DNA of 64,000 nucleotides. Source: an uncultured Candidatus Saccharibacteria bacterium (lineage in GTDB: Bacteria; Patescibacteriota; Doudnabacteria; UBA920). The notes beneath the pieces were generated by a model that did not search any database, was not told the origin of the DNA, and was given only the letters and a program-made list of their open reading frames with translations. Shown piece after piece: positions 10,928 to 19,866 of this stretch; within the stretch, counting starts at the first letter, position 1, and each line of letters starts with the position of its first letter. Made by a program: the position numbers and the translations under genes. The stretch covers positions 5,477-69,476 of the forward strand of contig CAZTCH010000006.1 in the NCBI GenBank assembly GCA_964612745.1, written 5' to 3'.

Positions 10928-11299
10928 ATGATGAAAGGTTTTCGAGATTTTATAATGCGAGGTAACGTAGTAGACCTTGCTGTTGGTGTAGTTATTGGTA
11001 GTGCATTTGGCACCGTAGTAGCGAGCTTGGTCAAAGACATTCTGACTCCACTGATTGGTGCAATTGCCAAAGTGCCAGATTTTTCTGGTTTAGCCTTTAC
11101 CATCAACGGTAGTCAGTTTATGTACGGTGTGTTCATTAACGCACTTATCGCATTTGTATTGGTCGCTGCTGCAATCTATTTCTTTGTGGTTGTTCCTATG
11201 AACAAGCTCATGGCACGAGTAAAGAAGGGTGAAGAAAAAGCAGAAGTTCCTGCAGACATCCAACTGCTCACCGAAATCCGCGACGCACTTCGCAAGTAG
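10928..11299 (+). CDS. mscL: Large-conductance mechanosensitive channel
   Basis: FRDFIMRGNVVDLAVGVVIG ... LLTEIRD. Confidence 0.97.
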   Translation: MMKGFRDFIMRGNVVDLAVGVVIGSAFGTVVASLVKDILTPLIGAIAKVPDFSGLAFTINGSQFMYGVFINALIAFVLVAAAIYFFVVVPMNKLMARVKKGEEKAEVPADIQLLTEIRDALRK

Positions 11300-11310
11300 T
11301 CTAGTATTTT

Positions 11311-11343
11311 AAAAACTCTACCGAAATTCGGTAGAGTTTTTTT
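11311..11343. terminator. Bidirectional terminator between mscL and rsgA
   Basis: aaaaactctaccgaa-a-ttcggtagagttttttt. Confidence 0.75.
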
Positions 11344-12436
11344 ATTGGGCGCGTTGCAAATTTTTCCCCCGTTTGTGCTGTACCGCTTTCCGTACGTCTT
11401 GGGCGCGCTTCTTTTCGCGCTTCTTTCTGGCAAGGCCGGTTTCATACGAATGCGTCGTGCTATGTTTCTCTAACTCTGTTTTTAGCTTCAGGAAGCTGGC
11501 GAGTCGCTCGGGGGCGAGTGTGCCGGTGGCTACTGCGTGTTGGAGTGCGCAACCGACGCTTTTCTGGTGATCACAGTTTTGGAATTTACACGTCAGGCTC
11601 AAATTTTCTAGATCATCAAACGCTGCGTTGAGTTCTGTAGTGTTGTCTGCCCAGAGTTGTAGTTCGCGCATCCCTGGGGTGTCTATGATGACGCCACCAG
11701 CAGCAAGGACAATCAGGTCTCGGGTGGTAGTCGTATGTCTGCCTTTTTGGTCACTACTGCGCACAGCTTGGGTTTTGATTTGGTTTTCCCCAATAAGTGC
11801 ATTAATCAAGCTGGATTTCCCAACCCCAGACGGGCCCAAAATGGCAGCGGTGCGCCCTGCGGAGAGCAGTGCTTGGATTGCGGCAATACCATCGCCAGTT
11901 ACGGTGCTGGCAGTTTTTACGTCGAGCTCCGGAAAGCGGGCAGTTGCAGCTGCAAGGAGTTCTGCTATCTGCTCTTTGGTACAGGTGTCACTTTTGGTAA
12001 AGATGAGTGTTGCAGGGAGGTGCGCAGATTCTGGTACTACTAAGAATCGTTCAATGCGGTTCGGGTCAAAGTCTCCTGCAGCACTTTCGGCAATAAACAC
12101 ATGGTCGACGTTCGTAGCAAGGATTTGTGCTTCGAGTCGTTTACCAGCGCGCTTGCGAGCGAGTTCGCTAAAGCGAGGGAGTACAGTAGTTATTTTAACT
12201 TTCTGTTCCCCTTGGAGTGCTTCCAGTGTGACCCAGTCTCCGGTCTTTGGCCTGTCGGCGCTATTGCTTCCTGCGATAAGCGTTTTGGGAGCAACGGCTT
12301 CATGGGGTCCTGACTCGGTGAGTACGGTGTAGCGTGTGCCAAACTCAGTCACAATACGACCAATACCAGCAGGGTCAATACTGCTGTCGGTTTGGGAAAG
12401 GTAGTGAGAAAGCCCAGCTTGTTCTAGAATGTTCAT
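11342..12436 (-). CDS. rsgA: Ribosome small subunit-dependent GTPase A
   Basis: OB fold GDWV, TKSD, GPSGVGKSS, GRHTTT, DTPGMRE, CxFxNCxH...GC. Confidence 0.95.
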   Translation of the reverse strand: MNILEQAGLSHYLSQTDSSIDPAGIGRIVTEFGTRYTVLTESGPHEAVAPKTLIAGSNSADRPKTGDWVTLEALQGEQKVKITTVLPRFSELARKRAGKRLEAQILATNVDHVFIAESAAGDFDPNRIERFLVVPESAHLPATLIFTKSDTCTKEQIAELLAAATARFPELDVKTASTVTGDGIAAIQALLSAGRTAAILGPSGVGKSSLINALIGENQIKTQAVRSSDQKGRHTTTTRDLIVLAAGGVIIDTPGMRELQLWADNTTELNAAFDDLENLSLTCKFQNCDHQKSVGCALQHAVATGTLAPERLASFLKLKTELEKHSTTHSYETGLARKKREKKRAQDVRKAVQHKRGKNLQRAQ

Positions 12437-12520
12437 TATTGGTATAGTACCAGAAGAAAGTGGACAGTGTATAGGGAGTAGAGATAGTGAATAGTAAGTA
12501 GGAATTAGGTTGAAGGGGAC

Positions 12521-12583
12521 TTCACGTCGTCACGTCTTACAGTCTTCACGTCGTCACGTCATAAAGTCGTAAAGTCTTAACGT
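12521..12583. repeat. Degenerate octamer tandem repeat (tcacgtcg/t-like)
   Basis: ttcacgtcgtcacgtcttacagtcttcacgtcgtcacgtcataaagtcgtaaagtc. Confidence 0.65.
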
Positions 12584-12765
12584 TGAGAGGTAAATGCAGT
12601 ACTGAGGAAGAAGTAAAAATTAAAAATTATACTCTTTCTTAGCCCTTAGCGCTCTACATTCTCTCTACCCTCCCTCCTTCGCTAAAGCTTCGGCGGGCCC
12701 CGCTTTTCAAAGCTCCGCTCTAATTCTTCTAATTCTTCTATTTCTTCTAACTCTTCTATTATTCC

Positions 12766-13074
12766 ATGTTCAAACAAACCGTGTTACAAATTATTTCAGC
12801 CATTCCTGCGGGGAAGGTCATGTCCTACGGGCAGGTGGCAGCAGCAGCGGGGAGTCCACGTGCAGCTAGACAAGTGGGGAGTATTTTAATGCGAGCGGAT
12901 TTTGGTGTGGTGCCGTGGTGGCGGGTGCTCAATAACGCAGGGTTTATTTCGATTAAAGGGAACTTCGAAGCAACACCAACGAGGCAGAAAGAATTACTCC
13001 AAAGCGAAGGGGTCGTGGTGAGCTTGGATATGCAAGTAGATATGGCGCAGTATCGCTATATTCCTCGTAGCTAA
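12766..13074 (+). CDS. Alkyltransferase-like protein (Atl/YbaZ, MGMT family)
   Basis: IPAGKVMSYGQVA, PRAARQVG, PWWRV (Trp in place of the catalytic Cys). Confidence 0.9.
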   Translation: MFKQTVLQIISAIPAGKVMSYGQVAAAAGSPRAARQVGSILMRADFGVVPWWRVLNNAGFISIKGNFEATPTRQKELLQSEGVVVSLDMQVDMAQYRYIPRS

Positions 13075-13414
13075 GCAGGAATACCGCCGTCACAGCTATT
13101 TACAGCCACTAGTTTTTGTGATATAATAACAACAAGTTACATTCTTGTGCGCCGTGTGCAAGTGCCATGTTTGGCGCTTTTTTATACACCGCGCTGCCGA
13201 CAAACGTTGTTTGTGGGAAATTGTTGCAGGACATACTTTAGGACTCCTAAGGTCTACAATCTTGGACGGTAGAAATTTTTTATTATTTATGTGCCGCTTT
13301 GTGGCATACATATATTTCTTGCCGTCATTCGCAGTGCTTACAGGCACCAGTATTTTGTTTGGTTTTTGTGAATGCGAATAGCTATTGGTGTAACCAAAGA
13401 AGGCAAGACTATAT

Positions 13415-14740
13415 ATGACAAAATCACAAGACGCTGCTCCAGAAGAGCAGGTAGATGGTGCAGAAGAAACATTTAACGATTTGGGGATTCACCCTTCGTT
13501 TTTAGCTATGTTGAATCGTGCTGGGTTTACGACTCCAACACCAATTCAGCAGCAATCAATCCCTATTAGCGTAAAAGGGGAAGACGTATTGGGTATCGCG
13601 CAAACTGGTACTGGTAAGACGTTGGCGTTTGGTATTCCAATGATCCAACGACTGGTGACCGAAGGTGGTACCGGTTTGGTAGTGTTACCAACCCGCGAAC
13701 TGGCAGTGCAGGTAGATAGCTCACTCATGCGCATTGGTAAAGAGTTGGGTTTGAAGACTGCGCTCTTAATTGGTGGTGAACCAATTAGCAAACAGTTGCG
13801 CGCGCTTCGTGCCAAGCCACATATTTTTATTGTGACCCCAGGACGCTTAATTGACCACATGGAGCAGAAGACACTACAGCTTTCCGAAGTGAAGGTGTTA
13901 GTGTTGGACGAAGCTGACCGCATGCTCGACATGGGTTTTGCTCCACAGCTCAAGCGCATTATGCAAGAAGTGCCAACAGAACGACAGACTTTGTTGTTCT
14001 CCGCTACTATGCCAGAAGACATTATCCAAATTGCAAAAAACTTTATGCATATTCCTGTGCGTGTAGAAGTCGCCCGTCCAGGGACTGCTGCAAGTACGAT
14101 TACGCAAGAAGTTGTGTTTGTGCACCGCTCCGAAAAGTTGGCTGCACTGCGCATGTTGTTAAAAGAAGAAATAGGTAAAATTTTAGTGTTTACCCGTACC
14201 AAATTTGGTGCAAAGAAAGTAGCAAAAGCAATTCGCGATTGGGGATTGAGTTCTGTAGAAATTCACTCCAACCGTAGCTTGAGCCAAAGACTTGCAGCGC
14301 TGCAAGGGTTCAAAATGGGCAAATTCAAAGTACTTGTTGCCACAGACATTGCTGCTCGCGGTATAGACGCTTCGGGGATTGCGCTGGTTATTAACTATGA
14401 CTTGCCAACCCAAGCAGAAGACTATGTACACCGTATTGGTCGTACTGGACGCGCAGGTAAATCTGGAAAAGCGATTGCACTTGCAACGCTCGAAGAAAAG
14501 CGTGACGTGCGCGATATCGAACGTTTGCTTGGGCAAATGTTACCTGTGCGCCGCATGGATAGCATTGAACGGTTACCAAAACTGACTCCAGAACAACAAG
14601 CAGAAGACGAACGTTCCGAACGCCTTGAACGCGCACCTCGTGGTGGCGGTCGCGGTGGGTTCGGTGGTCGCTCTGGTGGGGGACGTGGTGGTGCACCTCG
14701 TGGAGGCTTCGCTTCCCGTGGTCGTGGCCGTAGATTCTAG
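13415..14740 (+). CDS. DEAD-box RNA helicase (RhlE/CshA-like) with RGG tail
   Basis: Q motif, AQTGTGKT, PTRELA, DEAD, SAT, HRIGRTGR. Confidence 0.95.
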   Translation: MTKSQDAAPEEQVDGAEETFNDLGIHPSFLAMLNRAGFTTPTPIQQQSIPISVKGEDVLGIAQTGTGKTLAFGIPMIQRLVTEGGTGLVVLPTRELAVQVDSSLMRIGKELGLKTALLIGGEPISKQLRALRAKPHIFIVTPGRLIDHMEQKTLQLSEVKVLVLDEADRMLDMGFAPQLKRIMQEVPTERQTLLFSATMPEDIIQIAKNFMHIPVRVEVARPGTAASTITQEVVFVHRSEKLAALRMLLKEEIGKILVFTRTKFGAKKVAKAIRDWGLSSVEIHSNRSLSQRLAALQGFKMGKFKVLVATDIAARGIDASGIALVINYDLPTQAEDYVHRIGRTGRAGKSGKAIALATLEEKRDVRDIERLLGQMLPVRRMDSIERLPKLTPEQQAEDERSERLERAPRGGGRGGFGGRSGGGRGGAPRGGFASRGRGRRF

Positions 14741-14842
14741 TTTTTATACAAGCTTGGGGCACTGTCCCAAGCTTGTTTTCTTGCTCAGGGAAGCAGATAC
14801 TATATATGGAGGCTGTACTTTCTAAATCGACCCAAAACGCAT

Positions 14843-15025
14843 ATGTCCGAACTAGATGACGAAGCGGAAGCGGCTGCAGAACTAGCGAAACAAGCAGAGC
14901 AAACTGCTGCAGATGCTGCACAAGCAGCAGCAGACGAGCATAGGGCTAAAGCGACAGGCGAGGATACTGGTTCCACTAATAAGGACGAGTCGTATATCCC
15001 AATCATAAGTGATTTGCTACCTTAA
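14843..15025 (+). CDS. Small acidic Ala-rich hypothetical protein
   Basis: 60-aa ORF followed by a hairpin. Confidence 0.45.
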   Translation: MSELDDEAEAAAELAKQAEQTAADAAQAAADEHRAKATGEDTGSTNKDESYIPIISDLLP

Positions 15026-15067
15026 AGTGTAGAAAGCACAACACCGCACGCTGAACAGCTTGCGGTG

Positions 15068-15097
15068 TTGCCTTTTTCTAGCCGAATTTGCTATAAT
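15068..15097 (+). promoter_or_regulatory. Sigma70-type promoter of tRNA-Asn
   Basis: TTGCCT-18nt-TATAAT with extended TG. Confidence 0.6.
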
Positions 15098-15152
15098 AGG
15101 GAAGCAATAATTTGTCCTGATTTGGCCAGTATATTGCACTATGTGAACATAT

Positions 15153-15227
15153 TCGGGAGTAGCTCAGCGGTAGAGCGGCACGCTGTTAACGTGATGGTCC
15201 TGGGTTCGATCCCCAGCTCCCGAGCCA
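15153..15227 (+). tRNA. tRNA-Asn (GTT)
   Basis: Acceptor TCGGGAG/CTCCCGA, D arm AGCTCAGCGGTAGAGC, anticodon loop CTGTTAA, T loop GTTCGAT, encoded CCA. Confidence 0.97.
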
Positions 15228-15560
15228 AGTAAGACGACTAGTAGAAATGCTAGTCGTTTTGCTTTGAATGGTTGCGAGATTAAATACTAAATCAAAAGGT
15301 TTTTTGAGTGTAAAGCTCAGTTCTTTACCGTTCAAAGTAGGGTTCTGAAGTAGGTAGTTTAAGAATGCTCGTTTTCCTGCAACTTCAGAACTAGTGTCAA
15401 AGATTGCCTTTGCCCGTTTAGCCACTGAAAGTACTGTAGTTACTGTTGTTTTGTAATCATAATCGGCCCTACTATGTTCTGACATCTCAATTTCCAGCGT
15501 TTGGATCTGGTCGTGTAGCTTCTGATGTTTTATGTCATATTCATCCTTAGTAATTCCCAT
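15186..15560 (-). pseudogene. C-terminal fragment of large serine recombinase reading into the tRNA
   Basis: GITKDEY coiled coil, KRAFLNYLLQNPTL...LKKPFD, ends WLGSWGSNPG (antisense tRNA); no catalytic N-terminus. Confidence 0.75.
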
Positions 15561-15786
15561 TCACCAGAATTGTCCAACCATTCTGTACATCTCTAGTAGC
15601 ACACGCAGAAATGGAATTAGTTATTTCAGGCTCATGAGTTGTAAATATAGTTGTATCGGGAACATACAATTGGACTACTTTTGTAATTGGTATTGGGAGC
15701 GTAATTGGTAGTGACTCATGCGCTTCATCCAATATCTGTTTTGCTTTATAAGCACACTTATTAATCCAGTCTTTTGTTGGGTACAT
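15547..15786 (-). pseudogene. Truncated ImmA/IrrE-type metallopeptidase (N-terminal part)
   Basis: Follows an XRE repressor; LPIPI...ISA...WTILVN then stops before any HExxH motif. Confidence 0.6.
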
Positions 15787-15807
15787 GACAGTTCTTCGGC
15801 AAGTATT

Positions 15808-16149
15808 CTACTTGTTGATGGTATTCTTAATGGATAAAATGTATTGTTCAACTTTTTTTACCTGTGCTTCACTTAAGTCGTATTTTGCCCGTAAAACAAT
15901 CGCTACGTTCGAGTTATCTTTAATGTAGTCTTCTTTGGTGATGCCAGCTCTATTTAAAATCAGTTCTAAAGGTAAAGATAGGCCCTCAGCTATTTTCTGT
16001 AATGTTTTTATGGTAGGGGAGCCCTCTGTATAATCGCCAGCTTCAAGTCTGGAGATGTACCCACGTGTAAGACCAGCCTTTTGGGCCAAAACTTCTTGGG
16101 TTAAATCTTTTTCTTCGCGAAGAGATTTTATGACTTGATGTAGTTTCAT
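15808..16149 (-). CDS. XRE-family HTH transcriptional regulator (ImmR-like)
   Basis: IKSLREEKDLTQEVLAQKAGLTRGYISRLE...PTIKTLQKIAEGL. Confidence 0.9.
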   Translation of the reverse strand: MKLHQVIKSLREEKDLTQEVLAQKAGLTRGYISRLEAGDYTEGSPTIKTLQKIAEGLSLPLELILNRAGITKEDYIKDNSNVAIVLRAKYDLSEAQVKKVEQYILSIKNTINK

Positions 16150-16168
16150 AGTACAAATAATATATTGC

Positions 16169-16196
16169 GTTACTATAGTAAGGTTACCACAGTAAC
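16169..16196. promoter_or_regulatory. Tandem palindromic operator candidates GTTAC-N4-GTAA(C/G)
   Basis: gttactatagtaag and gttaccacagtaac in the divergent XRE / TS-like intergenic region. Confidence 0.55.
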
Positions 16197-16313
16197 TATT
16201 TCTTTGCAAGTCATTAAGTGATGGGCTGCTATTCGTCTAATTTCTTGCTATAATTGGTGCTAATAAAATTAACTACAATTGTACGACTACCATTCCCGTA
16301 CAGGTTAAATTAT

Positions 16314-17045
16314 ATGATTACACTCATTGAACCATTTGGCTACCACATTTCTACCAACACCATAGGCGAAGCGTGGCATGAACTATTCTCCACTGTTTTG
16401 GAGCATGGGGCCGTTGAATTTGACGAAGGACGAGAAAGGTTGGCTCTACAAATGGTTAGGATTCATTCTAAGTCTCAAAACTTCCCGGACGCAATTATAC
16501 AAAAATTTGGTAACGAGAAGAATCTTCAGTCGATAATTGAGCTCACATTTGGCGATCGCACTATGTACGATGTAGACGTAGTGAAAAGCTTCACAGTAGG
16601 CGCTAAAAGCTATTTCGCACGTTTAGAAGAAGGTAGGATGGTGGAGTTTGTCGTAGACCGCTTAAGCATTATCCCAGAGAGCAAAAAAGCAGTTATCGTA
16701 TTTCCAACGTACGAAGACTATCGTGCAATACTTACGAACCACACCAATGACTACCTCCCTTGTATTGTTTCTATACAATACAGAATGCGGCCTAATAATG
16801 GCGGTTGGTTGCTGAATACAATATTCAACATGCGCTCGCTCGATGCCTACCAGAAAGCGCACGGTAATTTAGCTGCGATGGCCATCTTAACAAGTAATAT
16901 CGCAGAACAAATAAGCAAAAGGCTAGGGGTGGAAGTAGTACCTGGTACCATAGACGGTTTGATAGTGGACGCCCATATATATAACGAAACAGTAAGCGAG
17001 GCAAAAGATAAAGTACAATTAATCAAAAGTGAATTACATGATTAA
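16314..17045 (+). CDS. Thymidylate synthase-like enzyme (dUMP methyl/hydroxymethyltransferase fold)
   Basis: Catalytic PC (YLPCI), RSLD, Asn at the E. coli N177-equivalent position, DAHIY. Confidence 0.82.
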   Translation: MITLIEPFGYHISTNTIGEAWHELFSTVLEHGAVEFDEGRERLALQMVRIHSKSQNFPDAIIQKFGNEKNLQSIIELTFGDRTMYDVDVVKSFTVGAKSYFARLEEGRMVEFVVDRLSIIPESKKAVIVFPTYEDYRAILTNHTNDYLPCIVSIQYRMRPNNGGWLLNTIFNMRSLDAYQKAHGNLAAMAILTSNIAEQISKRLGVEVVPGTIDGLIVDAHIYNETVSEAKDKVQLIKSELHD

Positions 17046-17892
17046 TCCTAAGAGTCGGGATGAGATTACTCGCAGCCTAGAGAAAAGAACCAAGGAAAAC
17101 TTAGACTCACTACAGATTATCGAAGATGCTCTATTAGTATTGAGAAGCTCCATCTTCCAGATGCCAGAACCAGGTACTCGCGTAGTTACTTCTCTTTCCG
17201 GAGGGGTGGATTCCGTAGCTTGTTGTGCTATATTGCTGGAAGCCTTTCAGTTAGAAGTGTTTCCATTTTTTATCAATCGGGGTCATCGCGCAAAGGATAG
17301 AGAAATGGAAAGTATTCAATTTTTCGCCGATTTATTTTCTAAAAGATATCCTAACTCTTTCCATGCGCCCGTTGTAATGAATGTGGATATTCCGCCAAAG
17401 TCTATCAAGCCACTTTTGGATGGGAATAAGAACCATGACGTAGGAATACCTATGAGGAATTCCATAATAAATGAATACGGTGTGCAGTATGCCTTTGCTT
17501 TGAGCAGTAAAGCATCCCCGGTAAGAAATGTCTTCTGTGCTTTAGTTGCGTCAGATGGGGACTTTATGTTCCACTCTACTCTAACGGCGTTGCGTTCACA
17601 GATGCTCCATACTTGTATAGATATGTCTGACTCCTCGTGGCAGGTCAGTTCTGTTGCTATCGAACGAGAAATCGGACATTACTTAGACAAGGCAGATTTA
17701 ATTCAAATAGCTGCTGGTATGGACATGCCACTTGAACGCTCTAGAACCTGCTATAGCGCTGACATACTTCACTGCGGCGCTTGTGAGGCATGTTATGACA
17801 GAAAGTCCGCATTCGAAAAAGCAGGGATTCAGGATAAAACAGAATACACTGATACACGTTCAGCCGCGTTAATTAAACCAAGCTATTTATAA
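17038..17892 (+). CDS. QueC-like PP-loop ATPase (7-cyano-7-deazaguanine synthase family)
   Basis: SGGVDS PP-loop, IPMRN, C-terminal Zn motif TCY...HCGACEAC. Confidence 0.88.
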   Translation: MINPKSRDEITRSLEKRTKENLDSLQIIEDALLVLRSSIFQMPEPGTRVVTSLSGGVDSVACCAILLEAFQLEVFPFFINRGHRAKDREMESIQFFADLFSKRYPNSFHAPVVMNVDIPPKSIKPLLDGNKNHDVGIPMRNSIINEYGVQYAFALSSKASPVRNVFCALVASDGDFMFHSTLTALRSQMLHTCIDMSDSSWQVSSVAIEREIGHYLDKADLIQIAAGMDMPLERSRTCYSADILHCGACEACYDRKSAFEKAGIQDKTEYTDTRSAALIKPSYL

Positions 17893-17907
17893 AAAAGACT
17901 AACTTGT

Positions 17908-18480
17908 ATGACTCGATCTATCACACTGGTAACAAAGAATCCTTTGAAAATAGAAGCCATGGAAAGAGCGCTCGTACCCTACAAGATTGCTCTGAACGTT
18001 GAAAATTTTTACGTTCCTGAAATACAGTCGGACACTTGTGAAGAGGTGGCTAAATTTAGCGCTCAGTATGCTGCAAATTATTCTGGAAAAGCAGTGGTAA
18101 AAGCAGACACTGGTTTTTATATTGATTCACTTGGCGGGTTGCCTGGAGTGTATACGAGCGAGTTTGAGAGAAAACTAAGCCCACAGAAACTCTTGAAGCT
18201 CATGCAAGACGAAACTACTAGGAGCGCCTCAGTTGTCTACGCTGTTGCATTCTGCCTACCTCAAGGTGAACCAGTGGTTTTTAGTAGCGGGTCAAGAGGA
18301 ATTATCGCTGAAGATGTTCAAGGCCAAGATGGAATGTTAATCGACTCAATATTTATTCCAGAAGGATTTACTAGAACCTTGGGTGAAATAAAATTGGAAA
18401 GCCAGGCTCAAGCAGATGCAGTGTGGGGAGACGCCGAAGAACAGTTTATAAAATGGTATATACAGACACAGCCAATCTAG
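17908..18480 (+). CDS. HAM1/ITPase-family non-canonical NTP pyrophosphatase (divergent)
   Basis: TKNPLK, EIQ, DTGFYIDSLGGLPGVY, DSIFIPEG; lacks the C-terminal SHR. Confidence 0.85.
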   Translation: MTRSITLVTKNPLKIEAMERALVPYKIALNVENFYVPEIQSDTCEEVAKFSAQYAANYSGKAVVKADTGFYIDSLGGLPGVYTSEFERKLSPQKLLKLMQDETTRSASVVYAVAFCLPQGEPVVFSSGSRGIIAEDVQGQDGMLIDSIFIPEGFTRTLGEIKLESQAQADAVWGDAEEQFIKWYIQTQPI

Positions 18481-18556
18481 TACCGCATCGGTATCGCCTT
18501 GTACTGACAATTATATTAAATTGAAAGGAGGGCAAGAGATACATCTCTATGCCCTC

Positions 18557-18928
18557 CTACTTCGGGAAGAAAAGTGCAATTTCTCTTTTCGCTTCCTCAA
18601 AGTTATCTGGTGAATGCATCACGTTGTGCGTAACGGATGCGCTATATTGTGTCCGCATAGCCTTTTTAACCGCCAACCCGGTGGCAACGGCGTTTGGACC
18701 TTGCCATACTTGAGCAATAATTGGTGCCGAAGTCTCGAAGGCTACATGCACCCAGAATTGCTCGTCATAGTACGGAAAATCTCGCCACCGAAGCATGAAG
18801 GCTTTGTCTAGCTGCATGCTTTTTTCGTATACAAGCGTTAGACCCGCTTGTCGCATGGCGGCCCCTATAACGGGTGTCAGCTCTAGGGTTATGGCATCGG
18901 GCTTAAGGAGCACAAGTGTTTGCTCCAT
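18557..18928 (-). CDS. ndk: Nucleoside-diphosphate kinase (divergent)
   Basis: EQTLVLLKPDA ... NVMHSPD ... AKREIALFF; GGAGG SD. Confidence 0.85.
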   Translation of the reverse strand: MEQTLVLLKPDAITLELTPVIGAAMRQAGLTLVYEKSMQLDKAFMLRWRDFPYYDEQFWVHVAFETSAPIIAQVWQGPNAVATGLAVKKAMRTQYSASVTHNVMHSPDNFEEAKREIALFFPK

Positions 18929-19278
18929 CTTTTGCCTCCGTTTTTGTGTGGAAGTGAACTTTATATGCAGCCGTTACTGCATCTTGCCTGTGAGGGCAGA
19001 AAAGACTAATGGTCTGGCATATAAAGCCTGTAACTTATTTTAAGTTGCAGGAGCTATTGGTAAGTAATCTTCTAAACAGCTCCTGCAACTCAAAATATTT
19101 GCCATCTGTTGTTTATGTTGCCTGTTTCTGAGTTTTTGGTATTTTGACTACTATATCATAGAAACGACGAAAAACAAGGGTCGCATGAAAAATGCCGTAA
19201 AATGGCTCTAATTTGATTGTAAAATAGAAGAGTTCATCATATACTAAGACCAAGCTGTATTAGCTATATAAGTGACTT

Positions 19279-19866
19279 ATGACTATCGTTTTTGAAGGTC
19301 TTCCCGGGTCAGGCAAGACAACACTCGTAAATCATTTTGCGAGAATTTTTGAAGCCGAAGTAGTTCCGGAAATTATTGACTTGGGTGAATCTTGGAAGCG
19401 TGCGTGTGCCACGAATGACCAGAGCTTCTTTTGGCAAAATGATTTGCAAAAATCACTAATCGCTGCACAAGCCCCAAAACATGCTTTTCTAGATCGTGGA
19501 TACGTTACCACTCTCGCTTATAATTACTCAGGCTGGATTTTTAACCAGGAATCTGATTTTCCAAAATTACTTAATAACTATTTTACGGATATTGTTCCAA
19601 AAAATCTCCAACCAGACGCATATCTACTATTTTCAATGTCTACTAAGTTAAGCAATGAAAGAAAGAAGCGGGAAACCATTAAAGGCCACCCCATGCAGGA
19701 TGAGGATTTTCTTAAGAAGATACATTTTTTCTACCAATCTTTCCTATCAACATTTGAGCCGGATATACCTGTGTATCACGTAGACGCGAATGCTTCCCTT
19801 GAGACAGTCCAGGAAAATGTTAAGCACATTTTAACCAGAATCTTACAAGCGCATGGCAATAGCTAA
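19279..19866 (+). CDS. Thymidylate/deoxynucleoside kinase-like P-loop kinase
   Basis: IVFEGLPGSGKTT, FLDRG..TTLAY, PD, VDAN. Confidence 0.85.
   Translation: MTIVFEGLPGSGKTTLVNHFARIFEAEVVPEIIDLGESWKRACATNDQSFFWQNDLQKSLIAAQAPKHAFLDRGYVTTLAYNYSGWIFNQESDFPKLLNNYFTDIVPKNLQPDAYLLFSMSTKLSNERKKRETIKGHPMQDEDFLKKIHFFYQSFLSTFEPDIPVYHVDANASLETVQENVKHILTRILQAHGNS

Noticed and set aside
13096-13381. Short overlapping ORFs upstream of the DEAD-box helicase
   Set aside because: No recognisable motifs on either strand; probably non-coding leader or promoter region
11628-14202. Long antisense ORFs (11628-12332, 13546-14202) and similar ones elsewhere
   Set aside because: Shadows of well-supported genes on the opposite strand
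16314-17045. T4-type dCMP hydroxymethylase
   Set aside because: The specificity residue is Asn (uracil type), not Asp
16314-17892. Canonical dpd 7-deazaguanine DNA modification or queuosine operon
   Set aside because: No DpdA/TGT, FolE, QueD or QueE in the island or window
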